From positions 7,876,001-7,940,000 of the forward strand of contig NW_024704743.1 in NCBI RefSeq assembly GCF_018977255.1: 64,000 bases of DNA. Direction: 5' to 3'. A model generated the notes under the pieces. It did no database searches, was not told the DNA's origin, and saw only the letters and a program-made list of their open reading frames with translations. The position numbers and the translations under genes are program-made. Below, in pieces: positions 24,354 to 35,547 of the stretch (positions within the stretch are counted from its first letter, which is position 1; every line of letters begins with the position of its first letter). This DNA comes from Callorhinchus milii (Eukaryota).

Positions 24354-25329
24354 TCACCTCACAGACTCTTCAGTCTTTGAAGCACTTGTGCTGTGACCGC
24401 AATGTTTGGATGAGGAACACAACACTCGGGCTCCAAGACCCTTAGCAGTTAATGAGAACTTCACAAGGCACTTTGGGCACTGGTGTTCTTGCTCAAGCAC
24501 AACTTCTTCACCAAAGCTGCTGCAGGAGAATGTTTTCAGGCAGAAGGGGCAAATTAACTGGTGGTTTTCCATTGTTCCGCCTCTCGAGCTGCCAGAGTGC
24601 ACCCGGCACTCGCATTCTGAAGTCCTGTCCTCATCCTCGAGCCCTGTCTGCGCTGCTGTGCCCTCCGGCTGTCCATAACACGTCTCTCCGCTGCCGGTGC
24701 TGTGCTCTGGCGAGATCCCAGGCCATTCCTCACGGTCCGTGCGACCATTCCCGTTCGCAGAGCTGAAGATGGCCCAAAGGACAGCGGGGTCCTCGCAGTT
24801 GTGATAGCTCTGCCAGTGCCCGATCAGTTCCACTTTGCTCTCACAGCCCAACTTGCACAGAATGCAGTTGTAGCCCAAACTTGTAAAGAAATGGATCTCC
24901 TCATCTGGCCTCTTGGGAAACGTTCTTGACTCCCCGGCCTGTAGTCTGGGTCGCTCCTTATTGCGCAAAAGCACGTGCTTTTTCAGTTTAGCGTAGGAGT
25001 AGAACGTTTTGTCACAAACGCCACACTTAACCAGGGGCTTTTTCTCCACGGGCTGCTTCCAGTAGTTCGCTGCGTGTTTGTACAGCTCTTGTTCGGTTTC
25101 CTTGCTGGTGTAGATGGGGAGGCCACTAAGAAACCTGCCTTTCTCTTTCACTGTCCCCTCCTCTACCCTCAGCTGCAGTTCCTCCCTGTGCACACACAAC
25201 AGGTGAAGCTTCATCTCCACAAAGGTTGGGGTGATGACTTGGCAGCGGCTGCATCTTATCTGCAGATTCCCCGGTCCCATCGCAGCTGCTCGGGGCAGGC
25301 TCTCATCTCCCACCTGGCCGGCTCGCTTC
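24354..25329 (-). CDS. ZNF438: ZNF438 third coding exon (C-terminal zinc-finger-like motifs plus Cys-rich extension)
   Basis: Acceptor ttgttttgcccttttcAG (25331-25330). The first base G completes AG+G = Arg from the phase-2 donor at 49880 and continues in frame into ORF 24354..25313. Motifs LQIRCSRCQ..KLHLLCVH and GYNCILC..HWQSYHNCEDPAVLWAI match the ZNF438 C-terminus. Spliced CDS 37+2164+976 = 3177 nt (1058 aa) if the TGA at 24356-24354 is used. Confidence 0.92.
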
Positions 25330-25683
25330 CTGAAAAGGGCAAAACAAGCTCAATTATAAAAGAATTAGCTTAAACAACTGTCACTAGACTGTTCTTCCCC
25401 ACCCCCCTCATCCCACCTCAATGTCTCTTATTACAATTACTGAGGTTAATCGGTTAATCTCTCTCTCTCCATGAATGTAGCACACGTTCACATACACCTA
25501 TACACACAAGCATTTTGGAGAGGGGGGTCAGCTGGGTGTCCGACACATGCAAACATGCATCGAATTCCATGTAAGAGTGGAAATGGAGTGAATGCTGTCT
25601 CCCTGGAGGAACGGGCGCTGCTCACCTTCCTGAAGAGATTGGGCGCAGGTTGGCAATACCCCAAGTTTGGGCACCTCAGAGTC

Positions 25684-25857
25684 CAGTAAACCTCACATAA
25701 GTCGTACCAGTTGGAACCATACATTTAATACGACTTATGCAAAGTATGACTTATGTCAAGCTTGCATAGAATATAAACTCTTGAACGGGACTTGGGAAGA
25801 TGTACATTTTAGGCGATTATACGATTTATACAGATCAGACTTATGCAAGTTTTACTG
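25684..25857. mobile_element. Tigger/pogo-like MITE
   Basis: TIR CAGTAAACCTCACATAAGTC versus the reverse complement of the right end CAGTAAAACTTGCATAAGTC (17/20). TA follows the right end. Internal repeats of gacttatg. Confidence 0.7.
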
Positions 25858-26279
25858 TATCTGTTGAAGTACTAATGGAATTTAACCAGCTGAAACTATC
25901 ATTAACTGGCAAGCTTCCCACTGTTTATCCAGCGAGTACTACCCTAAGCTTTAAGGCTTTGGTTTGCACAGGAGGCGAGTGGGAAGAATCCCCTCTCCCA
26001 GTGACTGATCTGCTCCTTCACATCCTGCCAACAATCCCAGCATCAGCAATGCCCCAGAGAACTGCCCCCTCATTTCCCAGCTCAGGAACAGGAGTACCGC
26101 GATCACCACAGAGGATCAATTCAATTCCAATATTCCAGAGCAAAGCATATCTCTCCCTTGAGATGGGTAGACATTACTTAGTCATTTTGCTAAGCTAATA
26201 GAAAAGTGCGACTGCACTTTTCCCGTGGAATCCGATACAAACGTCCCATTTCCGCTACAAACCCACTATAAATGTAGTA

Positions 26280-27450
26280 TCAATTCCCCTCATTCTTGTA
26301 CCTTTCACGCTACCATCCTTCTGATCTTTCACTCAAAATTCTCCTCATTTACCGCCTCCCCAAAACCTCCCCCACCTTCATCTCTGACATCTCCGCCCTC
26401 CTAGCTTCCCTCTGCCTCTGTTCTGAACGCCTCATCTTCGGGAACTTCAACCTTCACTTCAACCCCTCCTGCTCTATTTCCTTGGACTTCTCCTCTCTCC
26501 ATTCCTCTCACAACCTCTCCCTCCACATCCACTCTGCCACCCACGTTCATGGCCACCCACTCCACCTGGTGATCACCCAGTTTCTCGGATATCAAAATCA
26601 GACAAAGCCATCTCCGATCACCATTTCATCTCCCTTAACTCCCTAAATCCTCTCAACCACCGCCACCCAACCCACCTCCATCTCCGACCTCCCCTGGAAA
26701 AAAAATCTCCCCCAATCCCTCTCCGCTGCCCTGGAGACATCTGAAGTCCTCCCACTCTGGCCTATCTCCCATACTGATTTATTCGTCTCGCTCACTCTCC
26801 TCCACAACTCCCTCTCCACCACTCTCGATTCCCTAGCCCCCCCTCACCTCCCAAACCGCCTCCTACTCACGAACCTCAATCTGGTACACCAGCCACCTCC
26901 GCTGCCTCAAGGGTCAGGTGCGGGCCAAGGTTTTGTAGTCTGTTTCTCAGTCATTGACTTACTGCTCCTGTCCTCTCCCGCACCAGGCTCCGTGACCCCA
27001 CACCCCTACCCTCGACCGGCTCCATTGGCTCCCCATCCCTCATAGAATTTAAAATCCTCGTCCCACCTTCAAGGCCCTCCAGGGCCTTGCCCGTCCTTAA
27101 CTCTCTGATCCCCTATCAACCCATCTGCTCCCTCCATTTAGCAGGCTCTGGCTAGCTCTACGTCTCCCGCCCAACACGCCCTACAATCGGTGGCCGGGTT
27201 TTCAGCCTCTCTGCGCTCACTCTTTGGAACTCCATCCCACAATCCCTTCACCTCGCTCCCTCTCTTGCCTCCTTCAAGACACGACACAAGACCCTCCTTT
27301 TTGACCGTGCCTTCAGTCGCCCTCCTACCCCCTCTACCCTCCCTCATCCCAACACTGCACCCCCACCCCACCTTCGGGTCCTGATCCTTGACTGTTGGAC
27401 GTCCTCCCAACATGAAAGGGACTTTACAAATTAATTGTGATGTTGTTGTA
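26280..27450 (+). mobile_element. Internally deleted L2 LINE (APE region joined to 3' end)
   Basis: 26296..26646 encodes LIYRLPK..FGNFNLHF..HGHPLHLVIT (APE). The L2 3' end follows from about 26960, and the RT core is absent. Confidence 0.85.
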
Positions 27451-27569
27451 TCTGTCCTACGGGCCTCTCGCTGGTTACCTGAGGTCACTGTGGTCCGGGC
27501 GGCTTAGCACATGCATGCACAGTTTAGCACTAACGGGAAATGGGCTTCACTCGGAGACCCCAGTGTTGT

Positions 27570-28025
27570 GATTGTCTGTGTGTGTCTCTCTCTATCTCTC
27601 TCTCTCTCTACGTGTAACTCTCTGTTTGTGAGAGTGCCTGTGTACCTCTATCTCTATGTGTTTGCGAGTGTCTGGGTATGTGTCTCTCTCCTCTGTATGT
27701 GTGTCTGTTTGTGAGTGTCTCTGTGTGAGTGTGCTTGTGTGTCTCTTTCCTCTGTATGTTTGTGAGTGTGTCTGCATGTATCTCTTACATGTGTGTGAGT
27801 TTCTGAGTCTCTCTGTGTGAAAGTGTATGTGTGTTACTCCTCTGTCTGCGTGTGTATATATCTCTGTCTATGAGTGTGTGTTTGTGTCTCTCTCTCTGAG
27901 AATGTGTGTCTCGCTTGGTGTCTGTGTGTGTCTCTCTCTGTGTGAGTGTGTGTCTCTCTCTCTGTGTGAGTGTGTCTCTCTTTCTCTGTGAGTGTGTCTC
28001 TCTCTGTGTGTGAATGTGTGTCTCT
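27570..28025. repeat. Compound (TG)/(TC) low-complexity microsatellite
   Basis: About 450 nt of interspersed tgtg and tctc units. Confidence 0.92.
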
Positions 28026-31000
28026 GGGCTACCCAATTTTTGATAAAGAAGAAATTAATATTTTCTTACCCAACAATCTGTGTTATTTTCTCATGTTTAG
28101 TTTTTATCAATAAAGTACAAAAATGTAGGTTGGCAGTAAAAATGTACCTCAATAGCACCAATCAACCGGCCATGCAATTTCTCAGGGAATTTTCCAATCT
28201 CCCCACACTCTTTTGGCAAATATTTCCGCACTATTCTATTGATCCAGGTCATTGTATAGTTTTGTAACTCAGTGGTTAGAGCAAGCGAGAGACCTGAGTT
28301 TGATTCTCAGCAGGGTGAAAAGTTGGGCAAGTTTCCTTACTCCACACGCCTCTGTTTACCTAGCAGTAAGTAGGAACCCGGTTGTTAGTCAATTGGCGGA
28401 TCATTTTTCCGGGGTAATAATCACTTCAAAACAAAATAAAAATTGATCACTTCAATCCACGACTGTTTGTGGGACACTGCTGTGTCTGTCCCACAATATT
28501 AGGCATCTGACCAGTGGAGGTTTGAGAGAGAGCGAGAGACATACACACACAAATACTAGCACTGAAAATGTGAGCAAGGGTCAGACCATCCAGTACACAA
28601 CTTCCTCCTCCCTGAAGCAGGATCAGTATTGATGGTGCCCACACAGAGACAGACCCCCATAGTATGGAAGGTGCAGCATATTGCTAATAGGAAATAAAGA
28701 ACCTGGTGATCACACTATTCATTTCGCCCACAAAATACACCCATCAATATATTCTGTGAAGCGCTTTGAGACGTCTCAATGACGTGATAAGGTGCTTTAT
28801 CAAATGCAAGGATTATTATTATTATTTTTACGTTAGATTTTCAAAAATGCTTCGACGTCCGTAAAAAGAAAATGAACAGATTATTAAATCGAGGTGTAAT
28901 GTTCACATGGAATAGCTTGGGCCTTTGAAACAATACAACAATTTAGTTTCTGTTACACACAAACCTTTCCTGTGGAAGTCGCTTCAGCTCAGACCTGGAG
29001 AGCACTGAAATAGCAAAGCACTGAATGGTGCTTCAACCAGCAGATTAAGCTGTGAGCTGGAGGAGAATGGAGAGGGTGGTGCGGGGGTGGGGGGAGAACG
29101 GGGAACCAAGATAGCCTGAACAGACTATGAGCCATGTCCTTCTGTAAAGTAACTGTCACCCAATAAATTCCTGAAGTGCTCCTCAAGTGGAAGAGCACAG
29201 CTCATTGACCAGTAAGGCTCGCTCACGGACCAACTCCTCCTCCCTCATTCTTCCCTGGCACTGATAAGAGCAGCTTGTACATTTTATACTCTTTCTCTTC
29301 ACTTGGGCCCCCCCACCCTAACACCCCCACACACACTTAACTTGAAATACCAATCACGGAACATGGTTCCAGTCTGCTTTTTGCCCCATAAATATCCCAC
29401 AGTCACACAAGGAGATCCTCAGAGTACATTAATAGTCAATGCGTTAAAGGTGAGACTTTGCTGATCTCACGTTACTTCAGAGCACATCTGTTATGACTAA
29501 TATGGCACATTTCTTAGTATGGTATCCAACTATGAGCTACCTAATAAAAACTTTACTTTGGATTTTTTTTGCATTCCTCCCCACCCGCCCCAATAACTGC
29601 ACTGCAACTTGCAGGTTACACTAGTCAATACCCTGCAGCAGTGTGAGAGGCATTTAACAAAGCGCCAACTTGGATCAATTAGCAACAGCAGAGAGAGAGA
29701 GAGGGAGAGGGAGATCTCACAACGATCTCCGTCACACGTTTGTTGTTGGCAAAATGCAACTCCTTCCCGAGAAGGAAATCAAACCGTTATGTAAACAAAG
29801 CTAATCCACACTTCCCCGAAACGTTGGGAGTCCAACAGACCCACCGAATGCTATCACACGTCTCCCAAACTGGCCGCTTCACACAACTGCTCAGCACGCT
29901 GACACGACAGCTGGTCTAACTTTATATAAAAAGGCATCGTCGGCCACAAAAACAACCTTGGGGGCCAAGTTATTTTATTATTTTGTTCCTGTGTTCCGTT
30001 TGCGTGCCTGACACGCCCGGAATGGGGGCAAGAGGAGGGGGGGAAATGGGTGCGGACGTATCCCCAGGCCTCCATAAACACATACTTCCATTGGCAGGGA
30101 TATTATCAAGCCCTTAGATTTTCACTCTCTCCCCACTTCTCCGGCAAACAACAACAACTTACACACATAATAATAATCCTTGCATTTGATAGAGCACCAT
30201 ATCACGTCTTTGAGACATCGCAAAGCATTTCATAGAATATACTCTAAAGTAAATTGACTGTAAATTTTGTGGGATGGTAAAACTTGCATTTATATAGCGT
30301 CCTTCAAACAGGGCAGCGTTTCGGAGCACTTAATAGTGGCGTTGTCTGACACCGAGCCGGGGCGGGAGGGAGGATGTGACCCTAAGCACAGTCGAAAAGC
30401 AAGATCTTCAGTCGTGATCTAAAAGAGGGGAAGGAGGGGACAAGGCAGGGATTGGGGGAGAGAGTGGGGTGCAGGCAGAGAGGGCGGCGCAGAGGAATGG
30501 GGGAAACAGCAAAGACAGGCTGCACTCCCAGTTTCCAATTCATTTAAATCTTACTGGTGTTGCCCACATCTGATCACTGACATCAGGACTTTGATCTCAG
30601 TCTGGATCTAGGCGTCTGGGACGTCCTCCCAATGTGAAAGGCGCTTATAAGTAGAATCTTGTTGATGTTGTTGTTGTGGTAGGCTGACACTCCCAAGTCA
30701 TTTTTTTTAATGTCTCTTCCGAAGGACATTTCTAGCAATGCTGTGCCCCTCAGTATTGCAAATCTGATACTGAGGGATCACAACATTGTCATAGGTCTTG
30801 TCCTTTGGATGAGACATTTAAAAAAATGACGTCCCATCTGCCTATTCAAATGGGCTTTAAAGATCCCACGCCTGTGTTCCAAAAGAGAAGGAAATTTCTC
30901 TCGCTGTCCTGGCCAACATTCCCCCAGATAAGATTTGGTTATTCACTTCATCGCTGTTTGTGGGACATTGCCTTGAGCAAACTGGCTGTCGCGTTTCCTA

Positions 31001-32233
31001 ACAAAATACACCGCCACTACACTTTACCACTAAATCCCGTGAAGCACTTTGAGACTTCTCAAAAGTGTAATCAAGCACTATCAAATGTTCGATCAAATGC
31101 AAGTATTATTGTTTATTATTATTACTGCATATCCAGCCTACTACACACAACAACCATTCAACTCAACTAAACAACTTGATTTGTTTTCTTTACATCACAT
31201 AATCCGCTTTTACCTTCAAGCACGGCATAAAAAAAATAAGCACAACCATAAGTAAATGTCAGGGTATGGGAAAAGGGCAAGTAACTGGAACTGAAATGAT
31301 AGCTCTATAAAAGAGCCAGCAAAGACAGGATTGGCCAAATGACTTTCTCCTGTGCTCTAAATGTCTATGGACGCATAATTACCAAATCAATATTACCATT
31401 TTATCATTTCTTCTGGCTAATTATCCTGGATATGGAAGCAAACAAAAGTTTAAGTGAGAAATGGGCCCGAATTTCAGTCAACAACAACAACAACTTGCAC
31501 TTATATAGCGACCACCACGCAGGGTAGCGTCTGAGAGCACTTAGCAGTGGTGGAGCGGAGTGGCCATAAGCACAGTCGAAGAGGAAAGTTTTCAGGAGGG
31601 AGTTGAAAGAGGGATTGAGGGAGAGCGTTCCAGGATTCTGGGGCATGTGGCTGAAAGTGCGAATCTCCAATGATGGGGCGGAAGGTGCGAGGGATGTGTA
31701 GGAGGCCGGTGCCAGTCAAGCGGAGGCGCCGTGTGGCGGATGGGGAGTGAGGAGGTCAGAGTAGGGAGGTGCAGGAGAGTGAATGGATTTGAACACAGTC
31801 CAGGCATCATTCACAATTCAAGCTGCCCTGAGAATATTACGAAACACTGCTTCACAGACTGGAAACCCTTAAGAGTTTTACAACCAAATTACTGCACTAG
31901 AAGCCAGGTGACAACTAACAGCAGATGACGATCTGCATGAAAGGGTCTTAGAACAACAAAAGCAGAGTGATCTTTACATTGTTCAGATTTATTGGCTGTG
32001 GATCATTGCTTCCCCAGTCACTTGAGGAGTGAGCTGTAATCACACACACACACAACACAGACAAATAGCAGTCAGTGAGGGACAGGAGAATGTCGAACTG
32101 CGAGTAGGTTTAATGAGGCGGGAAGGTAAAACAGAAAGAAAGTTAAGCCGAACGAACGTGGCTGAACAAGACAGAACAACAGAACAAGACTTTAAGTGGA
32201 ACAAGTAGAAAAGGAAAAAACACATTTCAGAAA

Positions 32234-33575
32234 CAACAACAAACAACAACAAAATTACATTTGTAAAGCGCCTTTCATGTCGGGAGGACGTCCCAAGGCG
32301 CTGAACAGTCAGGGATCAGGACCCGAGCGTAGGGGGTGGGCATGGTTGGGATGAGGGAGGGCAGAGGGGGTAGGAGGGCGGCTGAAGGCACAGTCAAAAA
32401 GGAGGGACTTGAGTTGTGAAGGAGGCAAGAGAGGGGGCGAGGCAAAGGGAATGTGGGATGGAGTTCCAAAGAGTGGGGCAGAGAGGCTGAAAGCCCGACC
32501 CCCGATGGGAGGGTGGATTGGGCGGGAGACCTGGAGCAGGCCTGCTGCGGAGCCTGCTGAGCGGAGGGGGCGGATAGGTTGATAGCAGGTCAGAGATGTA
32601 GGAGGGGGCAAGGCCATGGAGCTTTTAAAAGGGCTATTGCTGCTTCAGGCTGGCTCAGTAATAATAATAATCCTTGCATTTCATACAGCACTTATCACGT
32701 TGTTTAGACATCTCAAAGAGCTTCACAGAATATACTGCTGAGGAGAGGCCACCAAGAGGCTCCACCAATATAATAATACAGCAAACTACAACAACAAAAT
32801 GACATTTGTATAGCGCCGTAAGCACAGTCGAAAACAACAACAAGATTACATTTGTACAGCGTCTTTCATGTCGGGAGGATGTCTCAAGTGTACAGCATTT
32901 CAGACCCGAGCAACGGTCAGGGGGGGAGAAGGGAGGGGAAGGGGGGTGGCCAATGCACGGACGAAGAGGAGGATCTTGAGGCGGGACATGAAGGAGGCTC
33001 AGGAGGGGGCGAGGCGGAGTGATTGGGGGATGGAATTCCAGAGTTTGGGGGCAGAGTGGCTGAAGGCTCTCCCGCCAATGGTGGGGCGGGTGGGTCAGGA
33101 GATGTGGAGCAGGCCGAGCCGGCTGAGCGGAGGGAGTGGGCGGGTTGGTAGGGGGTTAGGAGGTCGTAGTGGTAGGGTGGGGCGAGGCCATGGAGGGCTT
33201 TGTAGGTGAGGACCAGGATCTTGAACTGGATCCTCTGAAGGATAGGGAGCCAATGGAATCGGGTGAGAATGGGGGAGATGGGGTCACGGAGTTTGGTGCG
33301 GGAGAGGACACGGGCTGCAGAGTTCTGGATTATCTGCAGCCTGTGGAGGGAGAAGTTGGGAAGGCCGACAAGCAGGGAGTTTGCACAGTCGAGCCTGGAG
33401 ATGATGAAGGCATGAACAACAACAACAACAAGATTCCATTTATAGAGCGCCTTTCACGTCGGGAGGACGTCCCAAGGCGCTGTACAGTTGGGTCAGGACC
33501 CGAGCAGGGGGGAAATGGTCAGGGTGAGGGGAGGGAAGGGAGGGAGCGAGGAGGGGGTAGAGAGTCGAGAGGGGA
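32234..33575 (-). mobile_element. Cluster of 5'-truncated L2 3' ends (about 32234-32620, 32787-32832, 32833-33415, 33416-33575) plus a SINE tail
   Basis: Each piece starts on the + strand with (CAA)n followed by the L2 terminal motif (a/c)atttRtaNagcgYc, and aligns to the long copies. Confidence 0.88.
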
Positions 33576-33829
33576 GCAGGGGGAAGGTGCTACATTGCAG
33601 CTCTGAAGCTGCTGTCCTTTGCTGAACATGTTAAGTAAAAGTTCTGACTGCCTGTTTTTCAGGTGGATGATTCTTATTCGAAAAGAGAAGGGAGTTTCTC
33701 TCGTTCAACAGATCAACTATCATTCCCTTGGCTGTTTGGCCCAAATGAATGCTGAATTTGTCTACAAAACAGTCACGCTTGCCAGTAATTGATTCAGAAT
33801 TTCGTTACCCGTATTCTCACCCTCACTAA

Positions 33830-34280
33830 ACTCATAACCTTCACACCAATCCTTGCCAGGCTCTACTGGCTCCCCTATCACCGAACAGCTTGATTTCAAG
33901 ATCCTTTCACTCATCTACAAATCCCTTTGTGCTCTGGCACCTCCCTATCTTTACGACCTGTTTTCTCCCTACTCCACTGTCCGCTGCCTCCGCTTGGCTG
34001 GCTCTGGCCTCCTGCTTGTCCATGGTGCTCTCCACTTCACTATCGACGGCCGTGCTTTCAGCCACTACACCCGAATCTTTGGAATTCTCTCACCCAATCA
34101 CTCCGCCTTGCTTCCTCTTCGCTTCTTTTAGATCACCACTGAAGACCTTCCTCTTCGACTGTATTTAAAATCACCTGCTCCCACCCTCAGCTCAACATCG
34201 GGCTCTGCCACTGTTAAGCTATCCAAGACGCTACCCCACTGTGAAGGGTGCAATATAAATACAAGTTGCTGTTGTTATTG
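33830..34280 (+). mobile_element. L2 3' fragment, second tail type
   Basis: LDFKILSLIYKSLCALAPPYL..IDGRAFSH, tail ..aatacaagttgctgttg. Confidence 0.82.
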
Positions 34281-35547
34281 TTGCTGTGAGGTGCTTCGAG
34301 CCACTTCAGTGTGATAAAGTGCTACAAAAATGCCTGCTCTTGTTCTTCTAAGAGAAAGCATCCCGACTGGGTTGAGATGGGTCTCTACAGACAAGGAGCT
34401 GAGGTACCAGCACTGAATAATAATCCTAACATTTGATTTAATGTCTTTCATATCAGGAGGCTGTCTCACAGAACGTACTGCAGAGTGGAGTGACTGTGTG
34501 TTTTGCGGGTGAAACCCCCAGCCAATTTGTGCAGCAATGTCCCATGGACAGCCATGAAGTGAACGACCAATTGTATTTGAATGGAGAGAGCGTAGAGAAT
34601 GGACACTAGGACAAGATCTGGAGCACCCTTGCTGTGTTTAGGAGAACCATTGGGGTACAATAAATTGACAATAGAACAATGTAAAACTATTTTAATGAAA
34701 CCTGCCCAGTAATACTGTAATAATAACAATCGCCATCATTTATAACGCAGGCTTGCTGTGAAATTTGGGAGTTTTTTTGGATCCAACAGTGAGGGCATCG
34801 CCTGCAGGCCCAATAAAATCTATTCTGCTAACAGATTCCATAATGTAAAGCTATTGGTTTGGAACAGTAATGGAATCTGAGCAGCTTTCTATTGCTTCCC
34901 ACGGCTCCATTACAGTCTTCCATTAAGCAGTAACCTAGTTTTCATAGAGGTGAACATTGAAAGTGTGTGTGCGAATGTGCCTAAGTAACATTTTCTTCTT
35001 ACTCACCCGTGCTTTGTATTGATTCCCTTATTACCGAGTCTGTGACCAGATACATGACCACGAGGTGATGCATTTGGAGCACCGAGCCATCGTGAAACAT
35101 AGGTTTCTGCCCACATGTTCTCACACGTCAGAGCTACGCTCTCGGTCATGCTATCAGAGTGAGAGGCTGGACGCGTGGGAAAGCTGAATGAGGAGTGAGA
35201 GCTCCTCCGCTGCCAGTAACAGAGCAGGCTTAGAGAATCACAAGACTAACATGGCGTGTAATCAAGATGACCAGAGAAGTTTAGATAAAGAAGGCCCTTA
35301 AGCCCACTTGATCTTGTCCTTTCAAAATACCCACCCTAACATCCTCCCAGTGAGCATCAGGTTATTTCTTTAATGATTCCAGTGTCCTGACTTGGACACC
35401 CTCTTTCGGGCATTAATTACCCTCTGCGTAAAAAAACGCTTCATGTTACCTGTCCTGACATTGTCCTTGATGACTCTGAACTTACACCTTCTCATCCTGA
35501 TTCCTTGGTGGAAATATTGTTACTTTCTCAATCCCATTTATAATATT

